This document shows, one piece after another, positions 50,822-59,912 of a stretch of 64,000 bases of DNA. The notes under the pieces were generated by a model. That model searched no databases. It saw nothing but the letters and a program-made list of their open reading frames with translations, and was not told where the DNA came from. Within the stretch, counting starts at the first letter, position 1. Each line of letters starts with the position of its first letter. The translations under genes and the position numbers were made by a program. Source of the DNA: Spirochaetia bacterium (lineage in GTDB: Bacteria > Spirochaetota > Spirochaetia > SZUA-6 > Bin103); assembly GCA_965208575.1 (NCBI GenBank), contig CBDBOV010000005.1:1152001-1216000 (forward strand), in the 5' to 3' direction.

Positions 50822-51631
50822 CTATCTGGTTGCCTTCAGGGAAAATATCTGAGGGATCGAAGCGTTGTGCGCAGGCAGCCGCCACCAGCCGTCGCGGCAA
50901 CGCACCATGCCGGGCAGCGCACGGTAGTTGCTGAATGGAAACTCGTGCACGTACTGCAGGCGCAGCCCGGCATCGAGCACGGCGTTCAGAATCTCGGCCA
51001 TGCTGTGGCGCCATTCGTAGCTCGGCGACGGGATCGTCTCATCGCCCGCGTAGCTGTAGCCGTTGCCGCCGTACCGCGTGCCCGCCGGATCGGGGAAGTA
51101 GGGATTGCGGACGCGCAGCTCGGAATCGTCGAGGTTGTCGTCATCGGCGAAGATGTGGCACAGCGGGTGGCCCTCGAACAGGTAGAAGGTGCCGCCCGGC
51201 TTCAGGAATCGGGCGGCCACCTCGGCCCAGGCGGTGAGGTCGGGCAGCCACACCAGCACGCCCGAAGCAGTGTACACCACGTCGAACTGTTCGTCGAGCG
51301 CCTCCGGCAGGTCGTACACGTTGCTGCAAATGAATCGCGTGTCCAGCCCCAGTTCGGCGCTCAGGCCGCGGGCCAGCTCGATCGCCGCGTCGGAGAAGTC
51401 CACTCCCGTCGCCCGTGCGCCGAGCCGCGACCACGACATGGTGTCCATGCCGAAGTGGCATTGCAGGTGCAGCAGGCTCTTGCCGGGTACCGGACCGACC
51501 TCCTCGCGCTCGATGTCGTTGAGCGAGATGGCGCCCGCCCTGAACCGGTCCACGCCGTAGAAGTCGGAGGCGGCGTGCACCGGCACGCGTTCGTTCCAGT
51601 TCTGCCGGTTCACGGCCAGACGCGGGTCCAT
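50822..51631 (-). CDS. Class I SAM-dependent methyltransferase
   Basis: NRQNWNER, LLHLQCHFGMDT, GVDFS and LKPGG motifs. Confidence 0.92.
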   Translation of the reverse strand: MDPRLAVNRQNWNERVPVHAASDFYGVDRFRAGAISLNDIEREEVGPVPGKSLLHLQCHFGMDTMSWSRLGARATGVDFSDAAIELARGLSAELGLDTRFICSNVYDLPEALDEQFDVVYTASGVLVWLPDLTAWAEVAARFLKPGGTFYLFEGHPLCHIFADDDNLDDSELRVRNPYFPDPAGTRYGGNGYSYAGDETIPSPSYEWRHSMAEILNAVLDAGLRLQYVHEFPFSNYRALPGMVRCRDGWWRLPAHNASIPQIFSLKATR

Positions 51632-51739
51632 GACCAAAGCTACTTCCGGCTTCGGTCTCGCGGCTACCGGCAGCACGGTTTTCGCCTCTGTTCGCCCGCG
51701 CTTTACCTGTCCGGCGGCGTCGGAGTACGGTTTCGGCAC

Positions 51740-52504
51740 ATGGAACTGCGCAAGAATCGCATCAAGCAGAAGTTGGCGGCCGGCGGGGTGGCCACCGTGG
51801 TCAGCGGCATCACCCATCCCGACGACATCGACGCGTTCGGTCCGATCGCCGAGGCCACCGGTGTCGACGGCGTGTGGCTGGAGGGCGAGCACGGGGCGGT
51901 GGACGCCGCCGAGCTGGGCAACCTTACCCGCGCCTGCGACATCTGGGGCCTGACCTCGGTGGTGCGTGTCAACGACAACCACCAGGGGCTGATCTACCGT
52001 ACGCTCGACCGTGGCGCACAGGCGGTGGTAGTGCCGCATGTCAACACGCGCGCGGAAGCGGAAAACGTCGTGGCGGGCGGCAAGTTCGCGCCGGAAGGCA
52101 AGCGTGGCATGTACACCAGCCGCCAGTATTACGGCGTGGACGGCTACGTGCACAGCGGCAATGACGAGACCTGCCTGATCGTGCTGATCGAGGACATCGC
52201 CGCGCACGCCAACCTGGACGAGATCCTTGCGGTCGATCACATCGACGTGTTCTTCGTAGCGCCGTCCGACTATGCCGCCTCCATGGGCCACATCGGCGAA
52301 ACCGGCCACCCGGCGGTAAGGGAGAAGATCGAAGACTCGATCCGGCGCATCGCGGCGGCCGGCAAGGTTGCCGGTTCGCTGACCAGCAACGAGGACGTGG
52401 CGGACTACGTCGCCATGGGGGTGCGCTTCGTCCTCACGGCAACCAAGGGCTGGCTGCAGGCGGGCGCCGCCGGGTACACCGCGGCGGCACGCGAAGGTTC
52501 CTGA
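51740..52504 (+). CDS. HpcH/HpaI aldolase family protein
   Basis: [33 protein letters not shown] and FVAPSDY motifs. Confidence 0.9.
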   Translation: MELRKNRIKQKLAAGGVATVVSGITHPDDIDAFGPIAEATGVDGVWLEGEHGAVDAAELGNLTRACDIWGLTSVVRVNDNHQGLIYRTLDRGAQAVVVPHVNTRAEAENVVAGGKFAPEGKRGMYTSRQYYGVDGYVHSGNDETCLIVLIEDIAAHANLDEILAVDHIDVFFVAPSDYAASMGHIGETGHPAVREKIEDSIRRIAAAGKVAGSLTSNEDVADYVAMGVRFVLTATKGWLQAGAAGYTAAAREGS

Positions 52505-52536
52505 ACGCGCACGCAGCGGCGGCACGGAGGCTGGCA

Positions 52537-52719
52537 ATGCAGGCGTTGGTTCGCTACGCCCACGTCTATCCGCGCGCACTGGCGCTGATGGAGAGCGGCG
52601 CCATCGACGTGCGGCCCCTGATCACCGACACGTTCCCGTTCGCCGACAGCGTGGCGGCATTCGAGTTTGCCGCGGCCATGCCGGAAGCCAGCGTCAAGGC
52701 GCAGATTACGCTGCAATGA
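52537..52719 (+). pseudogene. C-terminal fragment of a Zn-dependent polyol (sorbitol/xylitol-type) dehydrogenase
   Basis: [31 protein letters not shown]...VK matches the last ~55 aa of MDR polyol dehydrogenases; the rest of the gene is absent. Confidence 0.7.
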
Positions 52720-52740
52720 CGCGCTCGGCATTCTGCCGCG

Positions 52741-54309
52741 TCAGCGTCCGCCGCGGTGTACTTCCAGGCAGGTCATGTGCGACTTGGCAGCGCCGAGCGA
52801 GCGCCAGGTGAAGCTGCACTCCGGATAGGCGCGGCCGGCGACGAGCCGGAGCAGGCCGCCGTTGAACCAGTTGACCACCGAGCCGTCATACTTCGCCGGT
52901 CCGTGGTAGGACGCATACGGGGCTGCGCCGTCACGGTCGCGGATCATGATGTCGGTTATCTCCAGCACCCCGTGCGGGTGGAGCAGGCCGATCAGTCGCA
53001 GACACGCGCCGATGGCACGGTCCGACAGCGGGATGCGCCGGTCCGGTCCCGGTGCCGCCACCTCCGGCGGCAGCGCCCCCGCCGGTGCCTGCCAGGTTGC
53101 GACGCTGTCGGGATCGGCTACCTCCACCAGCCGCTCGCGCAGCCTGAGGCCGCTGCCGCGAAATGCGGGGTTGCCGAACAGGTCCTGCCAGAACAGGTAC
53201 CATCCGCGTTCGCCGTCGGTGGCGCCGTGCGCCGCGAACCTGTCCCGGCGGTGCTCCAGGAAGCGGCCGACGGCGCCGGTGGCAGTGCCTGCCATGCCGC
53301 GAAGATCGGTTGCCAGGCGACCGGGGTTCAACCCGTGCCGCGCGGCGAGCCACTCGAGCGCGGCTGCCGGCAGGTACAGGCAGGTGTGCAACTGGTAGTG
53401 ACGGCCGCCGATCTGCACCAGTTCTTCGCCCGGCAGGTTGTCGAGCAGGTTGGTCAGGTGCGCGCCGAGTATCCGCCCTCGATAAGCCTCCAGCGCGTGT
53501 CCCGGCCGCGTCAGGTCGAACGCGAGGTAGTGGACCGAGACCGAGCCGCGCCGCTGTCCGAGGCGCGTGCGGGCACGGCGCAGGGCGCCGGGAGAGCGGT
53601 CGGCGACGAGGTAGTCCACGGCCTCCAGCCGTGCGAGGTGGCGAATCATCGTCTCTGCATACCCGGTGTCCGCGGCGCCGACATCGAGGTAGGCGAGCGG
53701 CAGTGCCCGCGCCGCGCCGCCGCTGCCGCGTGCGCGGCGCACCCGGGCGCAGAATCGGCGGGCGTGTTCGGCGGTGCGGACCGGGTCGCTGTCCGGCGAG
53801 CCGCCGATCGAGTCATGCGCGTTCCGGCCGACGGCGGCCATGTAGGCGGGCAAGTGGTGCCAGAACGCGGCGTTGAAATCCCATATCGGGCTCTCTCCCG
53901 CGTTCCCGTAGCCGCCAATGTCGATGCCCGGCGCCTGCAACGGGCCGTCGAGTGCCTCGGCGACGTGGCATGCGAATTCCGCCGGCGATCCTGTCTGGCC
54001 CAAGTCGACCGTCAGTTCCCGCGCGCGGGTGCCGTCCGCGTGGTGGATCTCGCGCAGCGCAACCGCCCGGCGGAAGTGCTGCCGGTAGGAGATCCGGCTC
54101 CAGCACACCCGGTCCGGCACCGGGCGCATCGCCGCGCGCCGCTCGGCCAGCACACGCAGCCCGCGCGCCACCACGGGTGCCGATTCGCCGGCCGCGATGC
54201 CGGGCGCGAAGCGATGAACGATCCCGTCCGCGACCGGCGGGAGGAGGCCCGACCGCGGCACCGTCACCGCGGCATCCGGCGCAGGGGAGGGCACGCACGC
54301 GGCCGGCAC
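52741..54309 (-). CDS. Uncharacterised SAM-dependent methyltransferase-like protein (MidA/NDUFAF7-like fold, tentative)
   Basis: YLDVGAA (motif I-like), YLVADRS and TNLLDNLP. Start codon uncertain. Confidence 0.6.
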   Translation of the reverse strand: MPAACVPSPAPDAAVTVPRSGLLPPVADGIVHRFAPGIAAGESAPVVARGLRVLAERRAAMRPVPDRVCWSRISYRQHFRRAVALREIHHADGTRARELTVDLGQTGSPAEFACHVAEALDGPLQAPGIDIGGYGNAGESPIWDFNAAFWHHLPAYMAAVGRNAHDSIGGSPDSDPVRTAEHARRFCARVRRARGSGGAARALPLAYLDVGAADTGYAETMIRHLARLEAVDYLVADRSPGALRRARTRLGQRRGSVSVHYLAFDLTRPGHALEAYRGRILGAHLTNLLDNLPGEELVQIGGRHYQLHTCLYLPAAALEWLAARHGLNPGRLATDLRGMAGTATGAVGRFLEHRRDRFAAHGATDGERGWYLFWQDLFGNPAFRGSGLRLRERLVEVADPDSVATWQAPAGALPPEVAAPGPDRRIPLSDRAIGACLRLIGLLHPHGVLEITDIMIRDRDGAAPYASYHGPAKYDGSVVNWFNGGLLRLVAGRAYPECSFTWRSLGAAKSHMTCLEVHRGGR

Positions 54310-54352
54310 CGGGCGTGTAGCGCCCCGCGACTACATCGCACGACGCGGTCGT

Positions 54353-54510
54353 GCTACTCGGCGCCTGCTAGGTAGCGCCGGTACGCGGTACGCCTGGGGG
54401 CTTACTCGGCGCCTGCAACGTAGAGACGGTACGCCGGGTGCGCTTACTCGGCGCCTGCAACATGGAGCCGGTACGCACTGGCGCGCTCACTCGGCGCCTG
54501 CAACGTAGAG
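54353..54510. repeat. Four imperfect direct repeats (period 42-47 nt) copying the 3' end of the large lipoprotein gene
   Basis: Core ACTCGGCGCCTGC in units starting at ~54353, 54400, 54442 and 54485; the last unit is the gene's own stop region. Confidence 0.9.
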
Positions 54511-57500
54511 GTCGACGAAGTGCACCGGCCCACCAAGCGCCCGCAGGGCGACCGTGTCGGCAGCCCGCGCCGACACCGCTCCGGTAGCCATCACCTTGAA
54601 CTGCTCGGTTCCGTCGACGAACACCGAGATCGAACCGGCGCAGGCCCCGGCCGCCGCCATCGGCGGGCAATCGCCCGGCTGATAGAGCGCCTCGATCGTC
54701 ACCTCGCTGTCGAGCGCACGCGCGACCTTGGTGCTGTTCAGCCACATCAGCCGATTGCCGTCGAGCGACTGGTAGAGCTGCACGTGGGCATGATCGGTGT
54801 CGTAGAAACCCACCTCCTGCGTGATCCAGACCAGGTAGGAGTTGCCGTAGTTCCACGTGTTCGCCGTTCGCGGCGTGGCGGAGGCGAGGAAGTGCACTCC
54901 CAGGCCGCTCCGGGCCGCCGCGTCGGCGTATGCGGTGACCCCGTACAGCGTCGCACCGCCCGCCTGCGGCACGTCGCGTACGGCGAATTTCGCGTGCGTG
55001 GCGCCGGCGTCGGTCTGGCTGACCCGCCCGCCGGCGACGGTCCAGGCACCCTCACCGGGCTGCGCGGCGCCTGCCGCGAATCCATGTACCGCTCTGCTGC
55101 CCGCCGGAGCGGCCGCCAGTTTGTCGCGCACCAGCTCCGCAACGGTTCGGACACGGTGTCCCTGGCCGCGCGGTGTGATCACCACCATGCCGTCTGGCCG
55201 CGCCTGGAACGACACCGCGTAGGCTTCGCCGCCGATGCCGACGTTGGAAATTACCAGCGTATCGCGCGCGGTCGCCGAGATGGCGGGCGCGGACAGGTCG
55301 AGGGCCGGCATGATGCCGTCCGCGGTATCGTACAGCCTCTCCGCCACGCCGGTGAACCCGCTCTCGTGGCGCAACCGCACGGCGTAGTCCTTCGCGCCGT
55401 AGCCGATGCCGGAGACGTAGATCGAGTCGGGCCCCGCGATCGACACGGTCGCCGCGTCCAGGTTCAACTGCCGCATGTCCAGGTCGCCGGAGATCGTCAC
55501 TCCGCCCATCGGCGCCAGTTCCAGCTTCAGGGCTTCGATCTCGGCGCGTGCCGCGGCGGCATCGGCCCTGGCTGCCGCGGCGTCGGTCCTGGCCGCGACG
55601 GCATCGGCGGTGGCCGCCGCCGCATCGGTCCTCGCCGCGGCGGCGTCCGCGTTGGCTGCTTCGGCGTCGGCCCTGGCTGCCGCAGCGCCGGCGTTCGCGT
55701 CGGCAACCTCCGCGTCCGCCATGGCGCGTGCTTCGGCAACCTCCATGTCCGCCACAGCGCGTGCTTCGGCAACCTCCGCATCCGCCGTGGCGCGTGCCTC
55801 GGCCATGTCGGCGGCGGCCTGCGCCCTCGCGGACGCCACCAGCTCGTCGGCGGTGGGCGGTAGCGCCACCGGACGGATGCCGACCACCTCGAGGCGATTG
55901 TCGCCGGCATACCGGAGTTGCCCGGAGTAGCCGGTCCCGCCGACGCCCACGTAGGCGACATCGAGTACGTCAGGTTCGACAAGGGTCAACTCGGTCTGCG
56001 ACAGGTCGACGGAGTCGGGGATCAGCTTGCCGGTCGGTCCGAAGATGCTCTCCACGGTCGCCGTGGTGCCGCCCCGGTAGCGCAGCAGCGCCGAGTAGGT
56101 GTCGCCCGCGTATCGGATCGACGAGATGTACACCGACTCCGGACCGGCGAGCGATGCCTCCGCGGCATCGAGATTCAGCAGGCCGGGATCGATTCCGGCC
56201 GCCGATATCATGACCACGCTCGGGCGGTACGCCTCGGCCATCATCATGTCCATCGCCTGCCGGGCGCTCTCCAGGTCGGCGCGCGCCTCTGCGATGGCAG
56301 CCGCCGACTCGGCTTCGACGGCAGCCAGCCGCTCCTCGGCCGCCGTCACCGCGGCGCGCGCGGCATCGGTATCGGCCTCGGCCTCGGCAACGGCGGCGCG
56401 CGCGGCGTCCGTATCGGCCTCAGCCTCGGCAACGGCGGCGCGGGCAGCGGCCACCCGGGCAGCGGCCCGCGCCTCGGTCTGCGCCATCAGCTCGCGCGGC
56501 GTGGGTGGCAGCTTGACCTGTTTGAGGCCGACCAGTTCGAAGCGATTGTCGCCGGCGTACCGGAGCTGGCCGGAGTATCCATTGCCGCCGACGCCGACGT
56601 TGGCTACGTCCAGCACGTCAGGAGCGATCAGCGACAGCTCGGTGTGCGACAGGTCGATCGCGTCGGGGATCAGCTTCCCGGCCGATCCGAACACCTTGTC
56701 GACGGTGGCCGTGGTGCCGCCCCGGTAGCGCATCAACGCCGAGTAGGTAGCGTTTCCATACCGGATTCCGGCAACGTAGATCGACTCGGGACCGCCCAGG
56801 GAGACCGTCGCATGGTCGAGATTCAACAAGGTGGGATCGATCCGGTCGACATCGATCACTACGGCGCTCGGCCGGTGCAACTCCGCCATCATCAGGTCCA
56901 CCCTGTCGCGCGCGGCGTCCACGGCGGCTTGTGCCTCGGCGATGTCGGCGGCCGACTCCGCCTGCACGGCGGCCAGCCGCGCCTCGGCCACGGCGACCGC
57001 GGCCTCGGCGTCGGCGGCTGCCGCCTCGGCGACGGCGATGGCGGCTTCAGCGTCGGCGACTGCAGTTTCAGCGTCGGCGCGCGCTTCGGCGATGGCGGCG
57101 TCGGCGCGCGCTCTGGCGGCGGCCACCAGTTCCTCGGCGGTCGGCGGCAATGTCACCCGCCGGATGCCGACGGCCTGCAGGCGGTTGTCGCCCGCGTAGC
57201 GCAACTCGCCGGTGTAGCCGCTGCCGCCGATGCCGACGAAAGCCACTTGCAGGGTGTCCGGCGACACGAGCGCAAGCTCGGTCCGCGTCAAGTCGACCGA
57301 GTCGGGTATCAGTTTTCCGGCACTCCCGAAAATGCGCTCCACCGTGGCGGTGGTTCCCCCGCGATACCGCAACAGCGCCGAGAACGTGTCGTCTCCATAG
57401 CCGATCGAGGCGATGTAGATCGATTCGGGCCCGGCCAGGTAAACTTGGGCGTTGTCGAAGTTCAGCAGACCGGGATCGAGGTGTTCGGCGGCAATCGTCA

Positions 57501-57975
57501 CCGCGCTCGGCCGGTACGCCTCCGCCGACATCATGTCGGTCTTGTCCTGCGCCCTCGCCGCGCTGGCGCGGGCGCTGGCGATGGCAGCCTGCGACTCCGC
57601 TTCGACGTCGGCGGCCCGTTCCCGTGCGGCATCGGCCGCGGACTGCGCCGCGGCGGCGGCGGCCTGAGCGGTGCCCGCTTCCTCCTGTGCCTGCGCGGCC
57701 ATCGTCTGCGCCTTGCCGGTGGCGGCCTGCGCGTCGGCCACTTCCGCCTCCAGGGCCGCGACGTCGGCCTGCAGGGCCGCGATCTGTTCCTCGGTGGTCA
57801 TCTGTTCAGATTCCGGTTCCACCGCATCAGATTCCGGTTCCACCGCAACTCCGGCCGGACTGACACAGCCGGCGAGCGTTGCGAGCAAGCCTGCAACGGC
57901 AAGCAGCACCGCTGGATGCGCCCTGCGAATCAGCGCGCCGAAACTCATCTTCATACCTAGGTCCCCGGATGCCAT
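54487..57975 (-). CDS. Large lipoprotein with 3+1 copies of an unrecognised ~125-aa domain separated by Ala-rich coiled coils
   Basis: Lipobox LAG-C; repeated LAGPESIY...SALLRYRGGTTATVE..FG..GKLIPDSVDL...LRYAGDNRL. Start at 57975, 57954 or 57948. Confidence 0.88.
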   Translation of the reverse strand: MASGDLGMKMSFGALIRRAHPAVLLAVAGLLATLAGCVSPAGVAVEPESDAVEPESEQMTTEEQIAALQADVAALEAEVADAQAATGKAQTMAAQAQEEAGTAQAAAAAAQSAADAARERAADVEAESQAAIASARASAARAQDKTDMMSAEAYRPSAVTIAAEHLDPGLLNFDNAQVYLAGPESIYIASIGYGDDTFSALLRYRGGTTATVERIFGSAGKLIPDSVDLTRTELALVSPDTLQVAFVGIGGSGYTGELRYAGDNRLQAVGIRRVTLPPTAEELVAAARARADAAIAEARADAETAVADAEAAIAVAEAAAADAEAAVAVAEARLAAVQAESAADIAEAQAAVDAARDRVDLMMAELHRPSAVVIDVDRIDPTLLNLDHATVSLGGPESIYVAGIRYGNATYSALMRYRGGTTATVDKVFGSAGKLIPDAIDLSHTELSLIAPDVLDVANVGVGGNGYSGQLRYAGDNRFELVGLKQVKLPPTPRELMAQTEARAAARVAAARAAVAEAEADTDAARAAVAEAEADTDAARAAVTAAEERLAAVEAESAAAIAEARADLESARQAMDMMMAEAYRPSVVMISAAGIDPGLLNLDAAEASLAGPESVYISSIRYAGDTYSALLRYRGGTTATVESIFGPTGKLIPDSVDLSQTELTLVEPDVLDVAYVGVGGTGYSGQLRYAGDNRLEVVGIRPVALPPTADELVASARAQAAADMAEARATADAEVAEARAVADMEVAEARAMADAEVADANAGAAAARADAEAANADAAAARTDAAAATADAVAARTDAAAARADAAAARAEIEALKLELAPMGGVTISGDLDMRQLNLDAATVSIAGPDSIYVSGIGYGAKDYAVRLRHESGFTGVAERLYDTADGIMPALDLSAPAISATARDTLVISNVGIGGEAYAVSFQARPDGMVVITPRGQGHRVRTVAELVRDKLAAAPAGSRAVHGFAAGAAQPGEGAWTVAGGRVSQTDAGATHAKFAVRDVPQAGGATLYGVTAYADAAARSGLGVHFLASATPRTANTWNYGNSYLVWITQEVGFYDTDHAHVQLYQSLDGNRLMWLNSTKVARALDSEVTIEALYQPGDCPPMAAAGACAGSISVFVDGTEQFKVMATGAVSARAADTVALRALGGPVHFVDLYVAGAE

Positions 57976-57982
57976 GTCGCGT

Positions 57983-58020
57983 ATCATTTCCGGCCCCGAC
58001 AAGCTTGTCAATGAAAAAAA
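57983..58020 (-). promoter_or_regulatory. Sigma70 promoter of the lipoprotein gene with an upstream T-tract
   Basis: Minus strand T7-CA-TTGACA(58011-58006)-N17-AATGAT(57988-57983). Confidence 0.7.
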
Positions 58021-58025
58021 GGGCG

Positions 58026-59912
58026 CTATCGGCCGGCCGGCGCGGGTTGGCCGGCGTTGGTGAGCTCGAACTGGCTGTGGTAGATGCGCGCGTAGGTGCC
58101 GTCGAGACGCAGCAGTTCGTCGTGCGAGCCGCGCTCCACCACCCTGCCGGCATCGATCACGTAGATCAGATCGGCGCGCTGCACGGTGCTCAGCCGGTGC
58201 GCGATCACGAAGCTGGTGCGTCCCTGCAACAGCTCGCCGAGCGCCGCCTGGATGAGCAGCTCGGTGCGCGTGTCCACGTTGGAGGTCGCCTCGTCGAGCA
58301 CCAGGATGCGAGGATCCTTGAGCAGCGCGCGCGCAATTGACAACAGTTGGCGCTGGCCGCGGCTCAGGTTGCTCGCCCCCTCCTGCAGCATGGTGTCGTA
58401 GCCGTCGGGCAGGGCGGCAATGAACCCGTGGGCGCGGGCCCGCCGCGCCGCCGCCTCGATCTCCCCGTCGCCGGCGTCCGGCCGGCCGTAGCTGATGTTG
58501 TGCCGGATGGTGTCGGCAAACAGGAACGTGTCCTGCAGGACGATGCTGATGGCGCCGCGCAGGCTGTCCTGCGTTACCGTGCGTATGTCCTGTCCGTCGA
58601 TGTTCACCGACCCGGCCTGCACGTCGTAGAACCGTTCGAGCAGACTGATGATGGTGGTCTTGCCGGCACCGGTGGTACCGACCAGGGCGACCGTGCGGCC
58701 CGGTTCGGCGACCAGGTTCATGCCCTTGAGCACCGGCGTGTCCGGTTCGTAGGCAAAGTGTACGTCCTTGAATTCGACCCTGCCCGCGCCGATCGCAAGC
58801 GGCTTCGCGCCCCGCCGGTCGCGCACCGCCGGTTCCACGTCGAGCAGCTCGAAGACGCGCTCGGCGCCCGCGATGGACGATTGCAGCATTGCCCAGAGCA
58901 TCGAAATGGAACGCACCGGCTCGAAGAAGCGCCGTTCGTACTGCAGAAACGCCACGATCACGCCGATCGTCACCAGTTCGAGATTGGCCAGGTACCCGCC
59001 GTAGGCAAGCACCACGGCGATGCCGATGCCGCTGATGATGTCCATGGTGGGGGCGAACGCGGCAGTCAGCGACTCCGCACCCACGTTGGCGTCGCGGTTG
59101 GCGCGGTTCAGTTGCCGGAAGCTCTGCGAGTTCCACGACTGGCGGTTGAACGCCTGCGCGACCTTCGCGCCGGAGATGTTCTGCTCCAGCTCGGTGCTGA
59201 CGCCGCTGATCGTCTTGCGGGTCTCGCGGAAGGCGGAACGCGCGCGCCGCGAGAACAGCGCCGTACTCACGTACATCAGCGGCAGCAGGGCGAACGTGGC
59301 CAGCGCCAGCCGCCAGTTGAGCCACAGCATTCCGATCAGGATGGCTATCAGCAGCAGGAAGCTGGACACCAGCCGCGACAGCCCCATGCCGACCACCCGG
59401 TTGATGACGTCGGTATCGTTGACCAGCCGCGACAGCAGGTCGCCGGCCTCGTTCCTGTCGAAATAGCTGAGTGACAGTTGGTGGACCTTGCTCATGATTT
59501 GCGCACGCATGCGCAACAGCATGCGCTGGCCCACCGCGGCCAGGGCGTAGCGGCTGCCGGCGTTGGTCAGCCACCCGATCAGGAACAGCACCAGCACCAG
59601 GACCATCGCGATGGTCAACTGCGACCAGGCCGCGTCGCGTGCCGCGGCCCCGGTCAGGTACTGCTCCAGGTGATCGACCGCCACCGCGATGTACACCGGC
59701 GCAGCCGCCTGCGCCAGCGCGGACACGGCTGCCAGGGCCACCACCAGGAACAGGGTCCAGCGCATGTCGCTCATGTAGCGGAACATGCGCAGCAAGGTCT
59801 CGGTGACCCGCGCGGCGCCCTGGTCGTCGCCGTGGAATCCGAACGGTTGCATGCCCATGCGCCCACGTCCCGGTCCCATGGGCGCCTGCGTCTGCCGGCG
59901 GGCGTCGCTCAC
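58026..59912 (-). CDS. ABC exporter, fused permease/ATPase (heterodimer partner 2)
   Basis: Transmembrane domain; Walker A GTTGAGKT, signature LSRGQRQ, Walker B LVLDEATS, IAHRL; GTGA overlap. Confidence 0.95.
   Translation of the reverse strand: MSDARRQTQAPMGPGRGRMGMQPFGFHGDDQGAARVTETLLRMFRYMSDMRWTLFLVVALAAVSALAQAAAPVYIAVAVDHLEQYLTGAAARDAAWSQLTIAMVLVLVLFLIGWLTNAGSRYALAAVGQRMLLRMRAQIMSKVHQLSLSYFDRNEAGDLLSRLVNDTDVINRVVGMGLSRLVSSFLLLIAILIGMLWLNWRLALATFALLPLMYVSTALFSRRARSAFRETRKTISGVSTELEQNISGAKVAQAFNRQSWNSQSFRQLNRANRDANVGAESLTAAFAPTMDIISGIGIAVVLAYGGYLANLELVTIGVIVAFLQYERRFFEPVRSISMLWAMLQSSIAGAERVFELLDVEPAVRDRRGAKPLAIGAGRVEFKDVHFAYEPDTPVLKGMNLVAEPGRTVALVGTTGAGKTTIISLLERFYDVQAGSVNIDGQDIRTVTQDSLRGAISIVLQDTFLFADTIRHNISYGRPDAGDGEIEAAARRARAHGFIAALPDGYDTMLQEGASNLSRGQRQLLSIARALLKDPRILVLDEATSNVDTRTELLIQAALGELLQGRTSFVIAHRLSTVQRADLIYVIDAGRVVERGSHDELLRLDGTYARIYHSQFELTNAGQPAPAGR

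Noticed and set aside
54353-54510. CRISPR array
   Set aside because: Repeats are degenerate, linkers are only 7-13 nt, the repeat equals a gene's 3' end, and no cas genes or leader are present.
58012-58056. Intrinsic terminator after the ABC operon
   Set aside because: A T7 tract is present but no convincing hairpin directly precedes it; it is better explained as an UP-like element of the next promoter.
57976-59574. N-terminal ~530 aa of the 1695-aa ORF 54487..59574
   Set aside because: Overlaps the ABC transporter in another frame; the promoter and lipoprotein signal place the real start at ~57975-57948.
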